Assembly: GCA_028534125.1 (NCBI GenBank)
Contig: CM052816.1
Span: 11,162,001-11,226,000 of the forward strand
Reading direction: 5' to 3'
Source of the DNA: Lama glama
Taxonomy: Eukaryota
DNA length: 64,000 bases
This document shows, piece by piece, positions 12,670 to 23,161 of this stretch. Below the pieces are notes generated by a model. It saw only the letters and a list, made by a program, of their open reading frames with translations. It had not been told where the DNA came from and did no database searches. The translations under genes were made by a program, and so were the position numbers. The first letter of the stretch is position 1, and every line of letters starts with the position of its first letter.

Positions 12670-14535
12670 GCTAGCAGCTTCAGAAGTCAGGTGGTCTGCT
12701 CTTCTCATGTTAGTGATAAGAAAAGAGTGGGCCAGAACAGGGAAGTTCCCAACTCAAATTCTGTTGTTGGAAGGCTGATTTAAAAAAAAAACAAACACCT
12801 AGATCTTGATGCCGAATGTAGTACTTTTTTCATCCTACCACACTACCTCTTGGGAGACTAGCTATTGATCTGAAAAATAATTTTGTCAAAGCCATTTGGA
12901 GTCTTTACTGACAGTTGGCTCATAGTCTAAATGACACTTTATTTTTGCCTTCCTTCCCAATTCGCTAAACTGGTTTCAGTATTTACGGGTATTTGACCAT
13001 AAATTCAGATGGTCACATAAAGAAAATCCTTTAGATCACCTAGTCCAGGTGGTCTTAACCTTGGACCTATAAACTCATGAGTTGAACCCAGGGGATCCAC
13101 AGTTGAACGTCAAGAAGTCAGTAAAACTTTTGAGTGCACAGATGTGTGCTTTTTTTTTCTGGGCTAGGGAAACCATTTTTCCTCAGATTCTCAAGAAAGT
13201 CCATGAACCCTCACCAAAACTGAACTACTATCTAGGTCAATTTCCTCAAGTGGAAACTGAGAAAAGTATAGAGTTGCCAAGATCACATAGAACAGAGTAA
13301 GGCCTGGAATCCAGATGTCTTTGTGGGCCTTCCAGGTACCATGTGGCCCATGCTCTGTATACTAACCAGATAGTTTCAATCACCCAGTTAACTCTCTTCC
13401 AGTCCACACTTTTCACAAGAGGAATTCACTGAGAGAATATGCAGGGCTCAATACAAATCAATCCTTCCCCGAGAACAATGGCTTCCTCTACATGCCCCAG
13501 CAGCTGATCAAGACCACCACCTTGAACTTCTGTCAAGATAGAATTTATGTCCCAGAGGCTGTTGGCTCCCTCACATGTGGGAGCTCAGCTGGAGTTTCTG
13601 CAGTCTGGTGCACAATCTCCAGTCTTAAGTGGATTATTAAATGATGTCATCAACATCTTTCCCAGATAGGCTGCTTGAAATGCTGTTTGGAAGGAGGCAG
13701 GATAGAACTCAAATCAACCTATAAACACTCCTTATCTTTGTGAGTAGGCAGTTTTTATACATTCATGGTATTAATACCTCCGAAATAATTTTTGGTTAAA
13801 AAAAAAAGAATCAGAATTTTCAACTGCCATCAGTTCACATTTTTAAATTATTGATTTTATATAAAACTTCCTAGCACATTCAGTGTGGGAGATTATTCAA
13901 GATTATTATACCTCTAGTTCCTGATATCATAGCAAGAAGTTAATGCACAATGACTAATAATGACAAATCATGAAATGGCACCCAATATAACATCTCCAGA
14001 ACATACATAAGAAATTGAGGTTATTTGCCTTCAACATATGGAACCAGGTACCTTGAGTCAAGGGTGGGAGAAAGCCTTTTCACTGCAAATCTTCTAATTC
14101 TCTTGAATTTGAATCATGTATTATTTAATCAAAATCTTAATATTTCTAATAACCTTAATATTCAAATAAACATTGAATTTTAAATAGAAATAGTACCCAA
14201 AACATATTATTTAGACATAATTAACTGCTAGAAGAAAGAGCTCAAAATGGCTGGCGGAAGGGGTTGGTCATATTGCCCTTCTGTAGTCAATTTTGTAACT
14301 ATGGGCCTAAATTGCTTTGACAAAATATAAAACTAATTTTTTAAAAAAGAAAATCACGTCTAACCAATTCCTTTTACACGTAAAGAAATTGAAGCCATGG
14401 GGGTGGGAGAGACTAGTTTCCCAAGGTGGCAGGGCAGGGATACCCACCCAGGATGCTGTGTCTCAGGCTAGAGCTTTCCTCAACATGGACAGAGACTCTT
14501 GGAGGAGCTGGTGTCTAAATGCCTTCCAATCATTG

Positions 14536-14536
<1 letters not shown>

Positions 14537-14567
<31 letters not shown>
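14537..14567. repeat. (TTA)n microsatellite
   Basis: Read directly from the sequence. Confidence 0.95.
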
Positions 14568-15239
14568 GATTAAGACATTTTTAGAATATTTGAATAAAAT
14601 TGACCTCTCCTCATTCTGATCCTCTGTGCTGATAATCGTACCCTTTTTATTCATTCAATTACAAGCAAATTGACAGGAGACATTTATATGAGGCAGCTTA
14701 AACCCCAGCTAATGGAGTGCCTAATGACTAATTGATCAGATCCCAACCCAGAGAGCAGCTCTGAGTGGCCTAAAGGAATTTATGCAATTAGTTTAGGTTT
14801 GGTAGAAATTGAGTGCATATGAAAGTAAGCTTTTTATGGTCTTGATTTATGAGGGCTGGACATGAACCGTATCTGTCAAGAGGTGAGCCGCCTGGCAAAG
14901 CCCCAGGCACGGGGGTGGGGGGCTCTGCTGCGGGCAGGGATGTTGGGTCTGGGAGCTGGGCTGATGAGGGGAGGGGCCACGGACGGACGACGAAGGGGGT
15001 TTGTGAATAGAGGAAAGAGATACTAGCGTTGGGAGTGGGATTTGGGCAGAGAGCTCTTGAGATTATGGTAGTTCCCCCTCTCTATGTAATTCAAAATAAA
15101 ATCAATATGAAATCCTAAATATGTATTAAGAAGTCCAATGAAATTCTGATTGTCCCAGGATGAACAGTAGGATTTGTGTGTGCGTGAAATTCTAAAACTC
15201 AAAAGAGACAGTGCTATTTCGGTACCTGTTTTCCTCTAG

Positions 15240-16080
15240 TGCCGGACTGGGCAGGACTGGGTCGAAGGACGGAGCAGTGAACTGTCCTTTTATGGGGACA
15301 AGTACTCCAAGCGCTGAAGATCGGAGGCAACGGAGAAGGGGAGGGCACTCCGCAGGAGGAGCCTGGGACCAGCCGCCCATCCCTCTCTCCCAGAGGCTCC
15401 TCCCGAAGTCCAGGGGGCTCCCGGGCCGGAACACAGCAGAGGGGAAGCCCCCTCCGGAGGCGACAGGCGGAGCCGAGCGAACCCTGACCCGATGGGGGAG
15501 CCCAGGGAGCCGGGCGGGGGCGGAAGCGCCGTCGCGGGGCGGAGGGAAACCTGACCTGATCGGAAAAGAGCGATCGAAGGGGAGACTAATTCTTCCGCCG
15601 GGGTCTTCACCGGCTCCGTCTGCCGGCCAGGCGGGGTTACCGCCGGGGGCTCCCGCCGCTGGACGGAAGAGAGGAAAGAGGGGAAGAGGGCTCTCTGCGC
15701 GCCCCGGGGACTCGGCCCACCCCCTTTCCTGCACTCTGGGGTCAGACTTTCGCACTTGAAGGCTGGAGGGAAGCTGAGAGTGGGTTGTTTGGGAAACAAG
15801 TAAACGAACACAGAAAGGAACATGGAACTGAGAGGCAGCGTGGAAAGGCGAGGGGAAGACCCGCAGAGGCGGAGCGCCCAGCATCTCCGCGAGGCCAGCG
15901 CGCCTCCTCAGCTTTCACCACCTTCTCTTCCCGCCTTAGTCTCCAGCCAAATCTGACGCGTCTGCTCCACCTCCATCCCTGGCGGTCCCCGTCGCTGCCA
16001 CCTGCCAAAGTCAGGTCTCACTTGGGCATGAGTGAGACGAAGAAGCGGGGGGCGGGGGGGGCAGGTTTGCCAGCTGTCTC
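15240..16080. promoter_or_regulatory. CpG island downstream of POU4F3
   Basis: GC- and CpG-dense, with GC boxes (gggcggggg cgg); no credible ORF. Confidence 0.75.
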
Positions 16081-16094
16081 TACCAAACTGCTGT

Positions 16095-16275
16095 GTTCAC
16101 GACTTGCCCTGGGCAAGTTACATAAACACTTTTTGCCTCCAAGTTCTCATCCGTAAAATGGGGTTAAAAATGGAATCTATTCATGATGTTTTTTTAAGGA
16201 TTAATGAATTATTGCCCATAAAGTGCTTGGAAGAGTACCTGACATACAGGAAGCCTTGAGTACGTATCAGATATA
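16095..16275 (+). mobile_element. MIR SINE
   Basis: ctgggcaagttacataaac...ctcatccgtaaaatggg...taaagtgcttggaagagtacctgacata. Confidence 0.75.
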
Positions 16276-18219
16276 ATTACTCATTTATCCGACAAACATT
16301 TGTGGAGCGCTCACTCTGCGCCGCCCTGAGCTCGATCCAGGGAGGCAGTGGGAACTGAGCAGACGTGGTGCTTGCTCGCCCCAAGTGATTTCACTGCTGA
16401 ATAAATTAACAGGGTGCTATCAAGCAGTAATACGGGACGAAGAAAGAAATTTAACAGAGTAGTTTGATAGCGTGACTGGGGAAAAAACAATTTAAGGTAG
16501 GAGTCAGCTAAGTCCCTCCGCCCTTCTCTGGGCCTCAGTCTCTCCTTCAGTGAAAACAGACGCTCTGTGTCCAGGTTGATGCATCCAAGCGCCAGGGCCC
16601 AAAGGTGGGAGAAAGGCTGGGGAGAAAGGGCCAGTGACCCTATCCCCTGCTCCTCCTCTGCCCACTGGAGCCCTGCCCCTCTGGAGGGAGCGTTGCGCTG
16701 AGTCTTGAATCCTCACTGACAGTTGATGCTTGCCAGGTTTGTACAGAGGAGGAAGGCTTAAGTCCAAGAAACTGCCCATGAGGGTCAAGCCTCTTAGAGG
16801 GAACTATTTATTTGCACCATGGACTCCTGGAAAGAACGCCATAGCTGGAGTTCACAGTGTGCAAAAGGGTTTCTTTTAAGCTTTCTAGCTTGCCTCTGAC
16901 AACCACATCTCTCACTACTCTCATTTTATATATGAATAGACTGAAGCTTACAGAGGGAAAATGTTGATCCTGCCTGACTCCAAACTCTGAAATTTGCCCT
17001 TGCAACATATTCTCTCACTTTTCTGAGTATAAATACTGTTTTAAAGAGAGTAAGTATCCATGAATGCCTACTATGTGTCAGGCCCTGGGTTTATGTGATT
17101 TCACTTACTTATGAAAGCAATCCTGAGAGTCTTTTTCCCCCAGTTTTACAGATGAAGGCATGGAGGCTCAGTTTGGTAAATTTACTCAAGTAAGAGGTAG
17201 AGTAGGCATTCCACCCCCAGGTTTGTTCACTCCAGAGCTGGAGTTGTTACCATCTCAGCAGGAAAATAAAATAACCCAGGCTCAAAGTCGGGCCAAGAGA
17301 GGGTCAGGTACATTCAGCAGGCCAGAGTTCACACCCAATCCTTGGATTCCTCTTCAAGCTCCAAGGGCCCATGTCACAGAGTCCCCCCTCTGTACCCACA
17401 ATCACCACAAAGTGAGGCAAGGCCTCTTCTAACTTAAACACTAAGGAAACTGGCTGCCTTTGAATGGCAGCTTGAAATGCAGACAACCTTGGCCCTGACC
17501 CTATTCCCAGGGAGACTTTTCTATTCTTGATGGTTTCTGTTTCTCCCTACAGTCCCCAGAATCCAGAGAGGATTGAGTTAGAAGGGGTTCTTTCATCTTA
17601 CAAAACAAAACCTCATTCATTCATTCATTGAACAGATATCTATTGTCTGTCATTTTGGGCCAGACCCTGAGCTGGCATTGGGCATGAAACAGACAAAACT
17701 CACACTACCTTAGTCACAGATAGAGGAAGCTCCCGGCCGGAGATCACACAGCCTGGGCCCAGAAGCCCAGGATTCCTGCCTTTAAGTTCAGCCTGCCAGG
17801 GCTTCAGTCATGTTGGCTTGTGAATGCCTGGCTCATTCCCTGTCAGGCCCGTGGTTGCAGCCAAGCAAGTGCCTAGAAGTCTTACCCCTGGTCCACAGAT
17901 GACTCTCAAAGTCCCACCATGAGAGGCCCAATGCAGCTTTCCACACAAACAGCCCTAACATTGGCCTAGCAGTCTCTTGGCACAGTTCAAAGAAACTCCC
18001 AGCTGGGCCTCAGACAGTAAATGTTTTAAGTAGGTGGGACTTGGGAAAAGAAAAGTTGCTCCAGAGTGCTTGTCAATTACTCTTCAAAATAATTTTTGTG
18101 AGGTTTTACAGCCAACAGAGGATGCTTAGAGCAATGATGTGACGTGCCCAAGGTCATGTGGTTGGGAAATGACCCACGAGGATGCAAACCAGGCCTGTGT
18201 GAACCCCAAACCGGCCAGT

Positions 18220-19100
18220 ACCCAGCCCCCGCCCCGTGCCCCAACCTCCAGAGGTCTGTGCCTCCACCGACTAGTAGCCGAGGCGACTGCACAATTCCGG
18301 AGAAACCACAGCTCCCGTTGCTTCCTGAGCTAGCACAAGGAGAGAGGCAGCGGCGCCGGCCCGGCGCACTCAGAGGGTGGGAGAGGGTGGGGCGCGTCAT
18401 GGACTGGGCGCAGCTCCCGCCCGCAGGTAGAAACTGGTCAAAATACTCGTGGGCCCTGAAGGTTCTAGGCGCCTGAAGCGGATGAGGCACAGAGGCGCGG
18501 GGCCCACTTACAACCCGGCGGGACCGGTTCTGACGCAGGCCTTGCATTCAGGCGACTCATCTTAACCTCTCCAAAAAAAAAAAAAAAGTCTCCCAAACTT
18601 TTGAGGTTATTAATAAGACAAACAAATAAATAAACAAATATATAACAGCAGGGAACTTTTCGAAAAGGAGATAGAGGCGGATATCAAGTTCTTTCCCGGG
18701 CCAGAAAAGCCAAAGGCTCTTACCTGCAGGAAGCCTCTCAGGCCGCAAAGGCGCGTCTGTCTGGAGCGCTTCGTTTCGGCGCGGGGCGCTCACGGCCGCC
18801 TCCTCTGTAGCTCGGCTGGGCTCCGGCCCTGTGTTTTATACCACTATAGGCAATTAATATTGCATCAGCCGTATTTTAAATTTTCAAAACCCACAATATA
18901 ATGTAATGGCATAAGGGCATTTATTATTAAAGGACACCCGATGGAGAGGGAGGTAGAGGAATCGCTGGGGCTGCTGCGTAAGGCGGGGGCGAGGGGCTGA
19001 GACTCAAGGGCTGGGGGCGATCCTCAGGTTTGCTTTTGCAGTAGGGGGGCGCACCGCGCGAAGGGGAGACCCACTCTGCTCCGAATTTCAGGCTGGAGGT
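18220..19100. promoter_or_regulatory. CpG-rich region downstream of POU4F3
   Basis: CpG-dense segments flanking an AT-rich core at 18830-18930. Confidence 0.6.
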
Positions 19101-19341
19101 GATGACCCAGAGTTCTTTGAAGACGCAGTGGGGAAACGTACAGACGACTCCTGGACTTGGAACATTAATTTTTAAATCGTGAAGGTGTTTCTGTGGCTCA
19201 CAAATAAGATTGTCCACCCCTTTCAGACTGTGTGAAAGAGACAGAAAGAAACCGGCATATGTTGAGCACCTACTGTGTACAGGCATTAGGCTAGGATCTT
19301 TGCGGCAGGTATCTTATTAGCAACTCCCCATCCCCACCCCA

Positions 19342-19363
19342 ACACACGCGCGGGCGCGCGCGT

Positions 19364-19396
<33 letters not shown>
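19342..19396. repeat. (CG)n-(CA)n compound microsatellite
   Basis: Read directly from the sequence. Confidence 0.95.
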
Positions 19397-19397
<1 letters not shown>

Positions 19398-20050
19398 GCC
19401 GAGATACACCGTGGAGTGAGAAACCTTTTGGGTGATAGTTCCAAATGAATTTCTGAAGTAACTCTGAAGAAGCCCCAACGGACTCTGTCCCAGTAAGGAA
19501 CACTTTCTTCTCTCTTTGTATCTCTCTTCTCACCTCCTATCTAGCCGTTTGAATCTTTTAAAATAAGAATGTTTCCTACTAAGAGACAAGTACTACCAGT
19601 TGCTTTAAATAAACAATCTTAGGTAGTCCTGACAATACCCTTGTTGTAAGCATTAGCATCTTCATCCTGCAGACAAGCAACGGAGATTCAAAGAAGTTAA
19701 GAAGCTGGCATCAGGATCTTTCAGCCAATGGGTGGAGGTATTGGGGGCTATTCCATCAGTCAGGCTTCAAAATTTGTGATGTGGGTCAAGTTAAGCAAAC
19801 AGACGCTGACAGATTTGAATGCGGGGAAGCGTGGAGGAAGTGCCTGGAAACCCTGAGGTTCAGGGAGAGCTGGGTAAGAAGGTGAGGCAGTCGGGGAAGA
19901 CAAGCAAAGAGAGAAGATGGCCTGGAAACTGACCTGCCAGAAGTGACAGCCCAGCCCTTCTGGGTTCTCACTTTTAAATCCTTTACAAGGCTAGTATTCC
20001 TTGGCCTCCAGGAAAGAAAAGTATTGCGGTTCGGGTTGAAAAATAAAGCA

Positions 20051-20104
20051 TTTATTTTAGAAGTTAATTCAAGGGGTAACGAGAGAAGGAAACAATATTT
20101 TATT
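20051..20104 (-). terminator. Candidate POU4F3 polyadenylation signals
   Basis: Two minus-strand AATAAA (20099-20104 and 20051-20056) with U-rich sequence downstream, ~1.2 kb after the stop codon. Confidence 0.55.
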
Positions 20105-21298
20105 TGCATCTATTTGGAGAACGAAACCAAAGCTCACACAGCAACACACAAATTACATGAAGCAACGAAAGATAAAATGTGATGTGGCCAGAGGGATTAG
20201 GGTAAGAAGGAACAAAGTCGGCGATTTAGCCCCTCTTTCCACCCAAAACTGAGCGAACCTCCACCGAGAGGCACCCAAATAAGTGGGATGGAAAGAAGAG
20301 GAGTTAAATAAATAATAGTAAATAACGATGCTAATAACAATAATAATAAGAGCGCTACGAGGTGAGACGTGTTGGAAGGACTTGCATATGATTCGTAGAA
20401 GTTACAATTACTTTCGAGCAGCCGCCTCTGCGCTGCTCTGGAAGTCTGGTTGGAAGAGCGAGCTGGGGTGAAAGAGTCCTCAGTCCGGCCGGAACACTAC
20501 CAGTCCCCCGCTCTCCTGCAGGCGGTCATTACCTCTCAAACGCCAACAGAACGTGGCGGATGGGTCAGAGGAGGGACTGGCTGCTGCTTGCAAACAGCTA
20601 CGCAATCCCAGCATTTTCAGTCACTGAATTGGGCACATCTTTTCTGGAGCCCAGCTTACGGCGGAGAACAGTTTGGAGCCCGAACCTCCCTGCATATTTT
20701 CCCTGAATCTAATCCATGCTACCTTAGAAAACTTACGGAAAACCAAAGGATGAGATGGATAAAATTTAGGCGGGGAAGGGAGAATAAGGCTATCCTTTGG
20801 AAACATACACTTTCTATGTATCTTATATACTCTGAATAAATCTCTAGTGCATGTTTGTGCCCCAGTTAGACTTTGTATTACTACTTATCTCTTCCTTCCC
20901 ATCCTTTCACTGCCTCATCTGATCGTGCTTAGCAAAGTGACGCCTTTACCCCGGAGTCAGGCGGTCGGGTCAGTTGACTATCCCCTGTGTTTGGGCTCCC
21001 GCCCTGAGGTCGCGCAGTCCAGCGCGCGAGGGCAATTTTCAGCACCACGGACAGCACGAATCCCTCCAGGCCTGCCCTTTATGAATTTTTTTCTTAGCGC
21101 CCAAACTTTTCTGGTGGAAAAAATACAACGGAAAGAAGGGAAAGAGAAGGCCGGGAAGCAACCAGGTGGGATAAAAGGGGAAAGTTTGTGGCTTCAGGGG
21201 AGAGAACCTGACCTGCTAGGAGCCCCCAGAACTGTTCCCCCACTCTGGAGGGACGTACACTCAGCTCTCCCGGCCCCGAACACCGTGCCCGGCAGCAG

Positions 21299-22195
21299 TC
21301 AGTGGACAGCCGAATATTTCATTCGTTTCTGTTTCTGTCTCTGGTTGCAGAACCAGACCCTCACCACGTTCTTTTTAAGGTCCAGTTTCTCAGCAATGGC
21401 TGCGATCTTCTCAGATGAGGGCCGCGGCTGGATAGCGAAGTAGGCCTCTAGCGAGCGCTTCTCTGGTGCCGCGATGGACGTGCGTTTGCGCTTCCGTTCA
21501 CTGCCGTTGAAGAGCTCCGGCTTGCTGTTTTTCTCTCGATAGGCGGCCTCGGCTTCTTCCAGCCAAGCTTGGAGCACTGGCTTGAGTGCAATCATGTTGT
21601 TGTGAGATAGAGTGAGAGACTCGAACCTGCAGATGGTGCTCTGGCTGAGCGAGCCGACGCCGGGGATCTTGAGGTTGGCTAGAGCCGCGCCCACGTCCGC
21701 CTGGGTCACCCCCAACTTGATGCGCCGCTGCTTGAAGCGCTCGGCAAAGGCCTCAAGCTCTCGCGGGTCCGACTCCACGTCGCTGAGGCATGCAGGCATG
21801 GCGCTGTGCGGCGCCACGGCATGTGGGTGGCTCATGCCCATGGCCTGGTGCAGATGGCCCATGGCGCCCAGGTGGTGCGGGTGGATTTGCGCTGGCATCA
21901 CAGAGTGCTCGGGGGCACCCAAGCCGCTTACGCTCAGCGTGGGCGAGATGTGCTCTAGCAGGTCGCCCTCGAGGCCCTGGTGCACGGCGTGGTGCGGGTG
22001 CGAGGTGAGCGCGGCCGGGTGGGAGATGGGCACGGTGGACGAAGTGGACGTGCAGGGCACGCTGCTCATGGTATGGTAGGTGGCGTCGGGCTTGAACGGA
22101 TGGTTCTTGCCGTGGGAGACGATATCCACCGCCGCCAGAGCTTCGGCGCGTGCCAGCAGGCTCTCATCAAAGCTTCCAAATATATTACCCTGCAG
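21299..22195 (-). CDS. POU4F3: POU4F3 coding exon 2 (POU-IV box, POU-specific domain, POU homeodomain); total protein 338 aa
   Basis: Acceptor cttgcag|CTG. Contains LQGNIFGSFDESLLARAEALAAVDIV, ELEAFAERFKQRRIKLGVTQADVG and VRVWFCNQRQKQKRMKYSAVH*, with no frameshift or internal stop. Confidence 0.98.
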   Translation of the reverse strand: MQGNIFGSFDESLLARAEALAAVDIVSHGKNHPFKPDATYHTMSSVPCTSTSSTVPISHPAALTSHPHHAVHQGLEGDLLEHISPTLSVSGLGAPEHSVMPAQIHPHHLGAMGHLHQAMGMSHPHAVAPHSAMPACLSDVESDPRELEAFAERFKQRRIKLGVTQADVGAALANLKIPGVGSLSQSTICRFESLTLSHNNMIALKPVLQAWLEEAEAAYREKNSKPELFNGSERKRKRTSIAAPEKRSLEAYFAIQPRPSSEKIAAIAEKLDLKKNVVRVWFCNQRQKQKRMKYSAVH

Positions 22196-22514
22196 CTGCA
22201 AGCGAGAAGGCGCACAGCACGGTCAGTGGGGAATACTGTCAACTCAGGATTAAAACACATTTTCAAGCAACCGAGATGCCTCTCCTCAAAGCCCAGGTCA
22301 TAAAAATTAATACGGAGACAGAGGCTCTGCTGGAACAGACGTGTGGATCAGAGACATGAATGAGAGAGAGAGAGAGCGCGCCGGGAGAGAGCGCGGGGGA
22401 GACAAGGAGAGGGGTTCAGACAGCGGCGATTGTTCTGGGCGACATGAAAAAAACATGAAGCAAGTGCCTGTCAAAAAATGTGCCTTAGAGCGGTAATTAT
22501 GCTCCACTACGTAC

Positions 22515-22634
22515 CTGCGGGGCTGGGAGACATACTCGGCGCATGGCCTCGGAGCCGGAGTGCAGGCTGGAGAATTTGGGTTCTTGAAGCACCGGGTGCA
22601 TGCCGAAAGGCTGCTTGGCGTTCATGGCCATCAT
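22515..22634 (-). CDS. POU4F3: POU4F3 coding exon 1 (aa 1-40)
   Basis: Translates to MMAMNAKQPFGMHPVLQEPKFSSLHSGSEAMRRVCLPAPQ and ends at donor CAG|gtacgt. Joins exon 2 in phase 0 across a 319-nt intron (22196-22514). Confidence 0.97.
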
Positions 22635-22669
22635 CTTCGCGCGCCTGGCAGGGAGGCAGCGAGGGACAT
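22631..22669 (-). other. uORF2 in POU4F3 5' UTR (12 aa), stop overlapping the start codons
   Basis: ATG TCC CTC GCT GCC TCC CTG CCA GGC GCG CGA AGA TGA; the TGA lies within the main ATGATG. Confidence 0.6.
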
Positions 22670-22716
22670 GGATCAGGCTCGTCTCGCTCGCTCGCCGCTC
22701 TCCAAGTGAGCGCCGC

Positions 22717-22785
22717 TCAGCGCCCGCGCTCCCCTCGCTTTCTCGCTGGCTGCCTCCCCTCTCCCCCACCTGCTTCTTCACTCAT
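22717..22785 (-). other. uORF1 in POU4F3 5' UTR (22 aa)
   Basis: gtaagATGagt...TGA, translating to MSEEAGGGEGRQPARKRGERGR*, downstream of the TATA box. Confidence 0.55.
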
Positions 22786-22929
22786 CTTACAAGCAGCCTG
22801 CCAGGAAGGGCCCGGGCGCGCGCAGGCGTGTTCACGCGCCCAAGACTCGCTGGGGCGGCCCGGGAGGCGAGGCCAGGCAGCAGCTCTCCGCTTGTCTCTC
22901 TGCACCGGCCCCTGCCACCCCCGCCGCAT

Positions 22930-23010
22930 CATTTATACCCCGGCCGGGCCTGGCCTCTCCTCGTCCGCCCCGCCCCGCCCGGCTCCAGCCCGCAGACCTT
23001 CCGGATTCTT
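22930..23010 (-). promoter_or_regulatory. POU4F3 core promoter: TATA box, GC boxes, ETS-like site
   Basis: TATAAA on minus strand at 22932-22937, tandem GGGCGG boxes at about 22964-22980, CCGGAAG at about 22999-23005. Lies ~300 bp upstream of the ATG; TSS expected near 22905. Confidence 0.7.
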
Positions 23011-23124
23011 TCTTCTTCGAGGACTTTTTCCCCCCAAAGTCCCAAACCTCTCCATCCTGTCCCAGCTCGTACTGCCCATATAGAAGGGCAGCTCTGGGCC
23101 AGGAAGCTGACCTTACTCCAACCC

Positions 23125-23125
<1 letters not shown>

Positions 23126-23159
<34 letters not shown>
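23126..23159. repeat. (AC)n microsatellite in the POU4F3 proximal promoter
   Basis: Read directly; ~190 bp upstream of the TATA box. Confidence 0.95.

Positions 23160-23161
<2 letters not shown>

Noticed and set aside
15192..16156. Overlapping 120-230 aa ORFs on both strands
   Set aside because: CpG-island artefacts rich in P/G/A/R.
19036..19058. CTCF-like motif (similar at ~9460, ~15990, ~54495)
   Set aside because: Each needs an indel or several mismatches to fit the consensus; not supportable without a PWM scan.
21299..22201. ORF-track start at 22201 as the POU4F3 start
   Set aside because: It is a TTG inside the intron acceptor; the true start is in exon 1 at 22634.
22635..22781. In-frame GTG-initiated 49-aa N-terminal extension of POU4F3
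   Set aside because: The frame is open, but the UTR is GC-rich and nothing supports non-AUG initiation.
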